A DNA stretch of 64,000 bases from an uncultured Spirochaetota bacterium. GTDB lineage: Bacteria > Spirochaetota > Spirochaetia > SZUA-6 > CAVTHK01. Numbering within the stretch: the stretch's first letter is position 1; every line of letters starts with the position of its first letter. Location: contig CAVTHK010000011.1 of assembly GCA_963734495.1 (NCBI GenBank), forward strand, positions 192,001 to 256,000, written 5' to 3'. The position numbers and the translations under genes are program-made. Shown piece by piece: positions 1-8,942 of the stretch. Under the pieces are notes generated by a model that did not search any database, had not been told where the DNA came from, and saw nothing but the letters and a program-made list of their open reading frames with translations.

Positions 1-871
1 GGTAGCCGTACCGGCGCTCGAGCGCGAGGAGCGCGGTGATCATCGCGGAGGCGATCACCAGCAGGATCCACGCCATCGTCGACGCGTACCCCATCTTGAA
101 GTACTGGAAGGCGTTCTGGTAGAGATACAAAGAATAGAACAGCGTCGAGTTCTCTGGGCCGCCCTGCGTGATGATAAAGGATTCCGCGAACGACTGGAAG
201 ATGCCGATCACGTACAGCACCACGTTGAACAGGATCACGGGCGAGAGCAGCGGGATCGTGATGCGGAACGTGCGCTGGAAGAAGCTGGCGCCGTCGATCG
301 CCGCGGTCTCGTAGAGGGACTCGGGGATGTCCTGCAGGCCCGCCAGGTAGATGATGACCGCGCCTCCGGAGGTCCAGAGGAACATCATGATAAAGGCGGG
401 CTTCGCGAGCCTGGGGTCCGCGAGCCAGCCCGGGCCCTTGATCCCGACGTACGAGAGGGCCGTGTTGAGCAGGCCGGACTGAGGCTGAAGCATCCACACC
501 CAGAGGATGCACAGGATGACGAGGGGCACCAGGGTCGGGATAAAGAAGACCACCCGGTAGAAGGGTATGCCGGGTATGCGCTTGTTGTTCAGGATGATGG
601 CGATCGTGATCGTGACCAGCGTGATCACGGTCGTCCCGACGCCGATCATGTACAGCGTGTTCGCCAGCGCCTTGCGGAACACGTCGTCGGAGCCGATCAG
701 CTCGATGTAGTTCTGCAGCCCGCGGAAGACCGGGGCGTCGATCACCGTGTACTTCGTGAACGAGTAGTACAGCGAGCTGAAAATCGGGAACGCTGTGAAA
801 ACGAGGAAACCCACGGCCCACGGCGAGATGAACAGGAGCCCGTTGACCAGATTCCTCCGCTCCTGCCGCAT
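1..871 (-). CDS. Carbohydrate ABC transporter permease (CUT1, MalF/UgpA-like); runs off the left edge
   Basis: Manual translation from ATG at 871: MRQERRNLVNGLLFISPWAVGFLVFTAFPIFSSLYYSFTKY..., with the EAA loop YLAGLQDIPESLYETAAIDGAS. Not in the ORF track because there is no stop inside the window. Confidence 0.9.
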   Translation of the reverse strand, partial: MRQERRNLVNGLLFISPWAVGFLVFTAFPIFSSLYYSFTKYTVIDAPVFRGLQNYIELIGSDDVFRKALANTLYMIGVGTTVITLVTITIAIILNNKRIPGIPFYRVVFFIPTLVPLVILCILWVWMLQPQSGLLNTALSYVGIKGPGWLADPRLAKPAFIMMFLWTSGGAVIIYLAGLQDIPESLYETAAIDGASFFQRTFRITIPLLSPVILFNVVLYVIGIFQSFAESFIITQGGPENSTLFYSLYLYQNAFQYFKMGYASTMAWILLVIASAMITALLALERRYGY

Positions 872-878
872 GGTCGCC

Positions 879-1736
879 CTACCCCTTGATCCCGGACATC
901 GCGATCCCCTGGATAAAGTATTTCTGGAGCAGGAAGAAGAGGATCAGGACCGGCACGGTCATCAGCACGCCCAGGGTCAGCAGCATGTCCCACCGCGGGT
1001 CGAGGGCGTGCATGATCTGCTGCGCCCCGAGGGAAAGCGTGTACAGCTTGTTGTCCGTGAGAAAGATCAGCGGCCCCGTGAAATCGTTCCAGCTCCTCAG
1101 GAACGAGAAGATGACCACCGTCGCCACAGCCGGCCTGGCCAGCGGGAGCACGACGCGGCGGTAGATCATGAACTCGCTCGCTCCGTCGATCTTGGCGGCG
1201 TACGAGAGCTCGTTCGGGATCGACATGTAGAACTGGCGCAGGAGGAATATGAAGAACGCGTTGCCGAAGAACCCGGGCACGGTGAGCGGCAGGAACGTCC
1301 CGATCCAGTGGAAGCTGTGGAACATGATGAACAGAGGGATCATCACGACCTGGAACGGCAGGATCATCGTCCCGAGCACGATGAGGAAGACCCTGTCGCG
1401 CCCTTTCCACTCGATCTTCGAGAAACCGTAGGCGACGAGGGTGTTGGCGAGCACCGCGCTCACGATGTTCGTGATCACCAGGATCATCGTGTTCCGCAGG
1501 TCCAGGAGAAAGGGGAACTCGCCGAGCACCTTGACGTAGTTGTGCCACTGCGGGACCTTCGGGAGCCACTGCATGGGCTGCACGAAGAGCTCCGCCGGCA
1601 CCTTGAGGGAGCTGACGGCCATCCACACGAACGGCACGATGTAGGCGATCGAGAGCAGGACCAGCACGAGCGTCGTGGCGACGATCTCGCCCCGCTCCAT
1701 GTAGACCGCCCGCTTGTTCCTTCTGCCTCTTACCAC
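879..1736 (-). CDS. Carbohydrate ABC transporter permease (MalG/UgpE-like)
   Basis: Hydrophobic helices and EAA-type motif ELSYAAKIDGASEF; C-terminus QKYFIQGIAMSGIKG. The start may be the ATG of MERGE. Confidence 0.92.
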   Translation of the reverse strand: MVRGRRNKRAVYMERGEIVATTLVLVLLSIAYIVPFVWMAVSSLKVPAELFVQPMQWLPKVPQWHNYVKVLGEFPFLLDLRNTMILVITNIVSAVLANTLVAYGFSKIEWKGRDRVFLIVLGTMILPFQVVMIPLFIMFHSFHWIGTFLPLTVPGFFGNAFFIFLLRQFYMSIPNELSYAAKIDGASEFMIYRRVVLPLARPAVATVVIFSFLRSWNDFTGPLIFLTDNKLYTLSLGAQQIMHALDPRWDMLLTLGVLMTVPVLILFFLLQKYFIQGIAMSGIKG

Positions 1737-1762
1737 TTGATTTGTTGGCTCCGGGACCCGGA

Positions 1763-1800
1763 CGCGCGGCCGGAGGCGGCCGATGCCGCTCCGGCGCGCG
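1763..1800 (-). terminator. Imperfect GC-rich hairpin after the SBP gene (mRNA stabiliser or attenuator)
   Basis: CGCGCGGCCGGAGGCGGC-cgat-GCCGCTCCGGCGCGCG between the SBP and permease genes. Confidence 0.45.
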
Positions 1801-1813
1801 TTCCCTGGCCGCG

Positions 1814-3133
1814 CTACTGCGCCAGCATCTTCTCGAACTTGCTCTGCAGCGCCTGCAGCAGCGGCAGGGGGTCCTTGTTGCTGTAGATCACCTCGTCACG
1901 CAGCGCGTTGAGGTCGTTTCCGAGCTGCGCGCTCACTTTCGTCAGCGCGGGGTGGCCGGAATTGGGCGAGTTCGCGAGCTCGCGCTCCAGCTTGTAGACG
2001 GGGTCGCCCTTGATCGTCCAGCTCACCTCGTCGAACTGCTTGTCGTTCGTGGGGATCGACCGCCAGATGTCGAAATCGTTCGCCAGGATCTGGGTGGTCT
2101 CGCCGAAGTTGAAGAAGCGGATCGCGAGGCCCGGATGCTTCGCCCCCTTGGGCAGGCCGTATACGTTGGAGTTGAACACGGTGCCGCCGACCCTGCCGCC
2201 GGACGGAGCCGGCACTTTGGCGACCGTGTACTCCACGTTCGGGGCGTAGATCCGCAGGGCGTTGGTGAACCAGTTGCCGTTGACGTCCATTCCGATCTTG
2301 CCCGTCATGAACGAGTGATCGGGGGAGAACAGCGCGCCGAATCCGGAGACGAAGGTCTTGATCTCGGTGGGGCTGCGCTTCTGAGCGTACTTCGCCATCC
2401 AGCGGTAGACGTCCACCATCGGCTGGTCCGAGACAGACAGCTTGTTCGCCTTGCCGTCGTAGATCGTGGAGCCGAACATCCAGGGCCAGTAGAAGGCCTG
2501 CCCGCCGTAGTCGAGCCACGGCAGGAAGCCGAACCTCTCGATGCCCGACCCGCTCATCCGGTCGACCTTGCCGGCCATCGCGTCGAGATCGGCGATCGTG
2601 GCGGGCGGCCTGGCGGGGTCCAGCCCCGCTTCGCGGAACATCCTGGAGTTGATGAACAGCAGGATGACATTGGAGTCAGCGGGCAGCAGGTAGGTCTTGC
2701 CCTGGTACTGAGTCACGTCCTTCATTCCGGGCAGCAGGTCCTTGACCTGCAAGGTGAGGCGGCTCGCGTAGGGGTCCCACGGCTGGAAGGTCCCGTTTGC
2801 CGCAAACGAATAGGCCGCGCTCGCGTTGGAGGCGAGCACCAGGTCCGGCGGATCGCCGCCCGCGACGGCCGCCAGCAGCTTGCCGCTGCCCATGCCCGCG
2901 TCGGGCACGAAGACCACGTTGACCTTGACATCGGGGTTCGCCTTTTCGAACTCCCCGATCCGCCACTGGTCCCACTTGGCGGAGTCGCCGCCGAACGGAG
3001 ACCAGTAGGTGAGCGTTCCACCCTTCTCGTCGGTCGCCGCCGCCTCCTTGCCCCCCGAAGCCAGCACGGGGTAGGCAAGCAGGACGAGCAGCAGGCCTAA
3101 ACTCGCAGCGGTAGCCCTTCGCCTCCAGGCCAT
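1814..3133 (-). CDS. Sugar ABC transporter substrate-binding protein (SBP_bac_1)
   Basis: Signal peptide (MAWRRR...VLASGGKE), then LTYWSPF, GDPPDLV and LFINSRMFREAGLDP motifs. Confidence 0.92.
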   Translation of the reverse strand: MAWRRRATAASLGLLLVLLAYPVLASGGKEAAATDEKGGTLTYWSPFGGDSAKWDQWRIGEFEKANPDVKVNVVFVPDAGMGSGKLLAAVAGGDPPDLVLASNASAAYSFAANGTFQPWDPYASRLTLQVKDLLPGMKDVTQYQGKTYLLPADSNVILLFINSRMFREAGLDPARPPATIADLDAMAGKVDRMSGSGIERFGFLPWLDYGGQAFYWPWMFGSTIYDGKANKLSVSDQPMVDVYRWMAKYAQKRSPTEIKTFVSGFGALFSPDHSFMTGKIGMDVNGNWFTNALRIYAPNVEYTVAKVPAPSGGRVGGTVFNSNVYGLPKGAKHPGLAIRFFNFGETTQILANDFDIWRSIPTNDKQFDEVSWTIKGDPVYKLERELANSPNSGHPALTKVSAQLGNDLNALRDEVIYSNKDPLPLLQALQSKFEKMLAQ

Positions 3134-3205
3134 TTCCGCCTCCTCATCTGCAGATGCGGACTTACCACGCAAGCTCACGGCTTGCTCGAAACGCTGTGTG
3201 CTTTT

Positions 3206-3248
3206 CCGCGGCCGGCCCGGGCCAAAGATCGCTTGCGGGCCGGCGCGG
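3206..3248 (-). terminator. Imperfect hairpin between the tandem SBP genes
   Basis: CCGCGGCCGGCCCG...CGGGCCGGCGCGG inverted repeat. Confidence 0.4.
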
Positions 3249-3254
3249 TGGAAG

Positions 3255-4586
3255 TTACTTGAGAATCGTGTCGACGGCCGAGGTCATGTCCCTGCCCGCC
3301 TGCTCCGGGGTCTTCTGCCCCAACAGGACCTTCTGAAGCTCCTTGATGATGAGCGGAGACGCTTCGCCCCACTTTGCCGTCTTCGGGGTCAGCCTGCCCT
3401 TGAGCGCCGCCTTGAGGATCTCCTGATGCTGCGGCTGGTTCCAGGGCGCAGCCAGGGACCAGGCGCCAATGACCGACGGCTCGACCGCGTCGAGCGTGGA
3501 CTGGACGTCGGGCTTCGCGAACCACAGCAGGTAGTCCACGGCCTCGTTCTTGTGCTTTGCGGACACGGGGATCGTGTACGACCATCCGCCGGTCCGGTTG
3601 AACCCGCTCGGCGCCTGCACGAGGTCCCACTGGAGCCCCGGGACCTTTTTGAAAGCGTCGATCCCGTTGACGCCGAAAGGCAGCATCGCCACCTTGTTCG
3701 CGGAGAACAGCGGCACCACGTCCCTCGACACGGTGTAGTTGATGCTGCCTTCGGGGACCACCTTGTACTTGGTGTAGAGCTCCGTCCAGAACGTGATCGC
3801 CTTGATCGCTTCCGGCGTGTTCATCGTCGTCCTGGTGGCTTCGGCGTTCATGAAATCCCCGCCGAACGCCCACAGCACCGGGCCGAACGACGTCCAGACG
3901 TTGTTCGGGTCGCTCAGATCGGCCGCGATGCCGACCCCGTACTTCTGTCCCGGCACCGTGATCTTGCGCGCTTTGGCGAGCAGGTCATCGTACGTCCAGC
4001 CTTCCCTGGGGTAGGCTTCGCCCACGTCGTCGTACATCTTCTTGTTGTAGAAGTACACGCTGGCCGAGGCCCGGTTCGGCATGCCGTACAGCTTGCCCTG
4101 GAAGTGGCTGTAGTCCCACGGGATCTTCACGAAGTCCGAAGCCTTGAGCTTCGACTCCACGTCGGCGGTGATGTCCGTGAGCAGATTCTTGCCCACAAAC
4201 GTCGCGATCTGCGTGAAGTCGATGTCGAGAATGTCCGGCGGGCTGCCGGCCAGGATTGCCGCGACCGCGTTGTCCACGTACCCGTTGATCGGCAGCAGGT
4301 CGGGCTTGAGCGTGTACTTCGGGTAGAGCTTGGCGAACTCCTTGACGATCAGCGGCGCCTTCTCGTTCCACCAGCTGCCCATCCACACCGTGAGCTCCGT
4401 CGGCCCGGATACGGCCGGAGCCGAGGCGCCCTCTTTGGTGCCTTCGGCCATCACCGCAACCCCCGCGGCCATGGACAGCACGACCACAAGTGCGAAAACG
4501 GGTGCGGTCCGCCGCGCCCGGACTTGCCGCTTCGGCGTCGGCAGCTGCCTGCCCGGCCTGCGACGGCCTGCTGGAACCTTCTTCAC
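3255..4586 (-). CDS. Sugar ABC transporter substrate-binding protein
   Basis: Signal peptide, ELTVWMG, GSPPDI and YFYNKKMYD motifs; AAGGAG RBS upstream of the GTG start. Confidence 0.92.
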   Translation of the reverse strand: MKKVPAGRRRPGRQLPTPKRQVRARRTAPVFALVVVLSMAAGVAVMAEGTKEGASAPAVSGPTELTVWMGSWWNEKAPLIVKEFAKLYPKYTLKPDLLPINGYVDNAVAAILAGSPPDILDIDFTQIATFVGKNLLTDITADVESKLKASDFVKIPWDYSHFQGKLYGMPNRASASVYFYNKKMYDDVGEAYPREGWTYDDLLAKARKITVPGQKYGVGIAADLSDPNNVWTSFGPVLWAFGGDFMNAEATRTTMNTPEAIKAITFWTELYTKYKVVPEGSINYTVSRDVVPLFSANKVAMLPFGVNGIDAFKKVPGLQWDLVQAPSGFNRTGGWSYTIPVSAKHKNEAVDYLLWFAKPDVQSTLDAVEPSVIGAWSLAAPWNQPQHQEILKAALKGRLTPKTAKWGEASPLIIKELQKVLLGQKTPEQAGRDMTSAVDTILK

Positions 4587-4771
4587 GTGCCTCTCCTTGA
4601 GTCGTTTCCCCGAGATTCTCCACCCGCCTGCACGGAAGGTATTGCCGCGGCGAAGCCGCAGTCAAACCGGCACGAGGCGGCGCGGCGGCCAATCGCCGGA
4701 ATCCGCCGGATGGAGGAGGCGACGGTCGTGACCCGTCGGCGGAGCGGTGGCCCGCAGGCGCGAGCAGACTG

Positions 4772-6964
4772 TTACGCCCGCGGCGGGAACGCGGCGACGA
4801 GCGCGGCGAGGACCGCGTCGGCGCGCTCGGCGTCTTCGACGGTGAACACGTTCAGGTTGTCCATGGCGCGGGTCATGCCGACGTAGACGAGGTTGCGCAC
4901 GAGGCGGTCGCCCTGCGTCTCGTCGAGGTGCTCGCGGCGGGGCAGGTAGGGCAGGTACATCAGCACCACGGGAAAGTCGAGCCCTTTGCTCGAGTGCAGC
5001 GTCGAGAGTCGCACCCGGCCCGCATCGCGAAAGGTGAAGGGCTCCTCGGTGATGTCGACCCCCTCCCAGCCCGCGGCGGCGAGCGCGGCGAGCATCGGCG
5101 CCATCTCCAGGTTGCGGGGCACGAGCACGCAGACGTTGTCGGCCTCGTAGCCGAGGGGGCCGACGAAGAGGAGCAGCTTTTCCACCAGGAGCCTGCGCGC
5201 TTCCTCCGCATCGGCGGCCAGGTACAGCTCGGGCGCCGGTCCTTCGCGAAAGGCGAACGGCCGGCTCTCGCCTTCCCACCCGAGGCCCGCGGAGCGCTCG
5301 CGGAACCGCTCGGCCAGCGCGTGGATCTGCGCGGTGTTGCGGAAGTTGGTCCGCAGCACGCGCGTGACGCCGCGCATCGACAGGCCCGCCCGGCCGAACG
5401 GCGACGCGGCGTTGTAAAGGCTCTGGTCGGAGTCGGCCGCCATCACGATGGACGCGCGCGTAAGCTCGCGCAGGATCGCGAGCGCGGCCGGCGTGAGGTC
5501 CTGCGCTTCGTCGAGAAAGAGGTGGCTGATGTCGCGCAGGCTCCGGTCCCCGGGGTGCGCTCGCAGGTGCTCGAGCAGCTTGAGACGCCCGTAGCCCGTC
5601 GTGTACACGCGGCGCGCCTCCATCTCGGCCGCGATCTCGTCGCGCACGCGCCAGACCTCCTCGCGCTGCCGCCGCGTCAGGCGCCGCCGCATCCCTTCGC
5701 GAAGGATGATCTCCTCCACGTACTCCTGCCGCGTGAGCGCCCACCCGAACAGCAGCGTCTCGATCTCCGCGCGCAGCTCCTCGGGCGTGAGGAACGCGGG
5801 CGCCCGCTCGGGGGTAACGAGCTTGTCGAGCAGCGCGAAGTCGTACACGACCCCGGGCTCGATGGTCTGGAGCTTCTCGAAGAACAGGGCATCCACCGTC
5901 GCAATGACCTCGAGCGGAACGTCGAGTCCCATGATCTCCGCGATGTAGCGATCGTACCTGACAAGAGTACGGGTGAAGGTAATCAGCACCGCGCGCTCGC
6001 CCTGACCGAAGTCGAGGGCGTGCTGCCTGGCGGCGCGCCTGAGCGATTCCAGCAGGACCAGCGATTTGCCCGTGCCGGGCCCCCCGCGGATCAGATAGGT
6101 CCCGTGAAGCCTCACCGCCTGGGCGGCCTCCTCCTGCTCCGGGGTCAGTTGCGCGAGCGAGCGCTCGTAGTCCATGCGGGTCCGCGTGTACACGGAGAGG
6201 CGGCCGAGGTAGCGGAGGTAGCGCTCGAGCTGGTCGAACTCGGCGAGCCGGCCGAGCAGTCGGTTGCGCTCCTGCGCCAGGGCGTTGCGCTCGCGCCGCA
6301 GCTCGTCCAGCCGCTCGTGCCTCCGGTCGGCGACGCCGCGCGCTTCGGCGAGCGCGCGGTCCGAGGCCGCGACCTGCGCCTGCAGCCCCTCGAGCTCGGC
6401 CGAAAGCTCCTCGTACTGCGCGCGCTGGCCGAGCAGGTCCTTGTTGCTCGCGGCGAGGCGCTCGATCTCCGACTGCAGGCCGCGGATTACGGCGCCCTGC
6501 TCGAGCGGCGTGGCGCGCTGCTTCCAGGCGTCGAGGTGCTTCTCGAGCAGGCCGAGGGCGGCGCAGCGGTCGAGGTCCGCCAGCCGGCAGAAGGTCAGGA
6601 ACAGGTGGGTGGCGGCCACGGCCTCCTCGGGGTCCAGCGCCTCGAAGGCGTGGCGCACCTTGTTCGCAAAGACGTGCTGATGACCGAGGCGGCCCAGGCA
6701 GGAGAGCCCCTCGATGAACGCGTCGCCGCGGGAGTCGAGCAGCTCGTTGCGGAACGCCCAGGTGAGCTCGCCGAACTCGGGTCCTGCGCCGTAGCCCTTC
6801 TCGTAGCGCAGCCAGTATTCGACAAAGCTGTGCAGCGCCAGGACGTAGAAGCCCTCGTCCGTGCCGATCATGCGCGTGAGGCGCTCGAGCTTGGCCTCGA
6901 TCGGCTCGCGAGCCGGGGTCTGCTCCGAGGGTGATTGCCGCGGATCGTGGCTCGTTTCGCGCAC
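4772..6964 (-). CDS. SF1 (UvrD-like) helicase with N-terminal helical (possibly HEPN-like) domain and coiled coil
   Basis: Walker A GGPGTGKS, Walker B FLDEAQD, plus NFRN, STLHSSKGLDF and YVGMTRA motifs; about 100 aa coiled coil before the motor. GTG at 6964 with a GGAGG RBS is preferred over the ORF-track start at 7543, which overlaps merR. Confidence 0.85.
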   Translation of the reverse strand: MRETSHDPRQSPSEQTPAREPIEAKLERLTRMIGTDEGFYVLALHSFVEYWLRYEKGYGAGPEFGELTWAFRNELLDSRGDAFIEGLSCLGRLGHQHVFANKVRHAFEALDPEEAVAATHLFLTFCRLADLDRCAALGLLEKHLDAWKQRATPLEQGAVIRGLQSEIERLAASNKDLLGQRAQYEELSAELEGLQAQVAASDRALAEARGVADRRHERLDELRRERNALAQERNRLLGRLAEFDQLERYLRYLGRLSVYTRTRMDYERSLAQLTPEQEEAAQAVRLHGTYLIRGGPGTGKSLVLLESLRRAARQHALDFGQGERAVLITFTRTLVRYDRYIAEIMGLDVPLEVIATVDALFFEKLQTIEPGVVYDFALLDKLVTPERAPAFLTPEELRAEIETLLFGWALTRQEYVEEIILREGMRRRLTRRQREEVWRVRDEIAAEMEARRVYTTGYGRLKLLEHLRAHPGDRSLRDISHLFLDEAQDLTPAALAILRELTRASIVMAADSDQSLYNAASPFGRAGLSMRGVTRVLRTNFRNTAQIHALAERFRERSAGLGWEGESRPFAFREGPAPELYLAADAEEARRLLVEKLLLFVGPLGYEADNVCVLVPRNLEMAPMLAALAAAGWEGVDITEEPFTFRDAGRVRLSTLHSSKGLDFPVVLMYLPYLPRREHLDETQGDRLVRNLVYVGMTRAMDNLNVFTVEDAERADAVLAALVAAFPPRA

Positions 6965-7067
6965 AGGCTGCCTCCGCGCCGGCTCCATTCTATAGCGGTT
7001 AAGGCTGCAGATCGAACGCGGGTCCGGGCGGGGCAGGCGCCGTCGGCTCCGGCTCCCCGAAGACATA

Positions 7068-7096
7068 TTGACAGTGACACTGTCACTGTATATAAT
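7068..7096 (+). promoter_or_regulatory. Consensus sigma70 promoter with a perfect palindromic operator overlapping the -35 box and spacer
   Basis: TTGACA (7068-73), 17 bp, TATAAT (7091-96); inverted repeat ACAGTGACA-C-TGTCACTGT at 7071-7089. Confidence 0.9.
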
Positions 7097-7114
7097 CATC
7101 GTGTGGAAGGGCAG

Positions 7115-7639
7115 ATGACGATCCAGGAGCTCAGCCGGCGGTCCGCCGTTCCGGTCCGGACAGTGCGCTACTACATCGGCGAAGGGCTGCTGCCCAGCGC
7201 CGAAGGGCGCGGCCGCGCCGCGAGCTACACGCAGGATCACCTGCTGCGGCTCGAGGTCATCCGGAAGCTGGTCGAGCTGCGGGTGCCGCTCAGCGACATC
7301 CGCGGCCAGCTCGGGTCGCTCTCGACGCCGGAGCTGCAGAGGATGCTTGCGGAGGAGCGGCGGCGCAGCGCCGGCGAGGAGCAGGCCAGGGCGCGGTCGC
7401 CGCGCGACTACGTGAGCTCGCTGCTCACCCGGGCGCACGCCGAGCGGAGCCCCGATGGGTTGGAGTCGCCGGCGCCGGTCCAGCAAGCGCAGGGCGGCGA
7501 GACCTGGCGCAGGTTCGTCCTGGCGCCGGGCGTCGAGCTGCACGTATCCGCCGCCGCGCAGCGCCGCGAGCGGGATCTGATCGAGGTTCTGCGGGTCGCG
7601 GCGCGCAGCGAACAGGCAACGGGAGGAGGAGACTCATGA
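7115..7639 (+). CDS. MerR-family transcriptional regulator
   Basis: MTIQELSRRSAVPVRTVRYYIGEGLL is a MerR HTH; short C-terminal WRRFVLAPGVELHV segment. Confidence 0.9.
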   Translation: MTIQELSRRSAVPVRTVRYYIGEGLLPSAEGRGRAASYTQDHLLRLEVIRKLVELRVPLSDIRGQLGSLSTPELQRMLAEERRRSAGEEQARARSPRDYVSSLLTRAHAERSPDGLESPAPVQQAQGGETWRRFVLAPGVELHVSAAAQRRERDLIEVLRVAARSEQATGGGDS

Positions 7640-8941
7640 AGGAAAGGGATGCGAACGGTCATGGTGTGCGGCTCTCCGCAGCCTGTGAGAGGCGGCTGGT
7701 GAGACCGCAGGGCAGCCGCAGGCACGTTGTCTTCACGGTTCGCGGCCCGGCGAGCGAGCTTTCGGCGGAAAGGCCGCCGATGTCGCTGGCGCTCGTGCTC
7801 GACCGATCGGGATCGATGGCGGGGGGCAAGCTCGAAACCGCAAAGGCCGCGGCGTTGATGGTCCTCGACCGGCTGGACCAGCGGGACACCGCCTCGGTCG
7901 TCGTGTTCGACAACCAGATCGACGTGCTGCTGTCCGCGGCGGCGGTGGACGCCGCGTACAGAGACGGCGGGCGCAGTCGCTGCTTGCCGAGGTGGCGGCG
8001 CGCGCGAACACGGCCCTTCACGAGGGTGGCTCACCGGCTGCCGAGCGATCGCGCCGGGCGACTCGGAGGCTGCCGGCGGCAGGATGTCCCGCTGCTGGCT
8101 GCTGACCGACGGCCTCGCCAACGTCGGCTTCACGGACACGGAGCAGATCGCGGCGCAGGCGGCCGATATCCGGCGGAATGCCGGGATCTCGACGAGCACC
8201 TTCGGCGTGGGAACGGATTACGACGAGACTCTGCTCGGGCCTATGGCGGTGGCGGGCGGCGGGCAGTTCCACCACCTGAGGACCGAGACGGAGATCGCGG
8301 CCACGTTCTCAGGCGAGCTTGCGGAGCTGTTCCGCGTCGCGGCGCGCGGCGTCAGGCTCGAGATCGAGCTCGACCGCGGGACGAAGGCGGAGGTCATCAG
8401 CCCGTACTGGTCCGTGGCCTCCGACGACGGGCAGCGGCTGCGTATCGACATCGGCGACCTCCTGCCGGACGAGGAGCGTCGCGTCGTCGTTCGGCTCGGC
8501 TTCGACAAGGTGCCCGAAGGGGCGCTCGTGCCCGTTCGCGCGAGGGTCTTCTTCCGGGGCGAAAGCGGCGAGATCGAGGGAGATGCCGCGGCGCTCTCGT
8601 TTGAGGGAGCATCCGACGCGCGCTGCGACGCCGAGGCGCGCGACGCAGCGGTCATGCACTGGGTGGGGCTGCACCACGCGGACCGCGCGCGCATCGAAGC
8701 CCTGCGCCTGTGTCGCGACGGCGATGAGCGCGGCGCGCTGAGTGTGCTCGACCGCGTGATCCGGCGTCTCGCGGAATATGCGACCGGCGACCAGGAGCTG
8801 GTGAGCGCGCTCGAGCGGCTGCGCGACCTGCATCGCGAGATCAAGGAGCGGCGTCTTTCGGCTGCGGTCGCGCATGAAACCTACTACCAGTCCCAGACGC
8901 GCTCCCGCGGCCAGCGCGACCACAGGGGCGGATCCGCGTAA
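7636..8941 (+). CDS. VWA (von Willebrand A) domain protein, YfbK-like; frameshifted at about 7960-8030
   Basis: MIDAS motif VLDRSGSM in one frame, NTALHEG in a second, LLTDGLAN and STFGVG in a third; ATGA overlap with merR. Confidence 0.8.
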
Positions 8942-8942
8942 G

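Noticed and set aside
6965-7543. N-terminal extension of the helicase ORF to 923 aa
   Set aside because: It overlaps merR and its promoter on the opposite strand, and a GTG with an RBS at 6964 is a better start.
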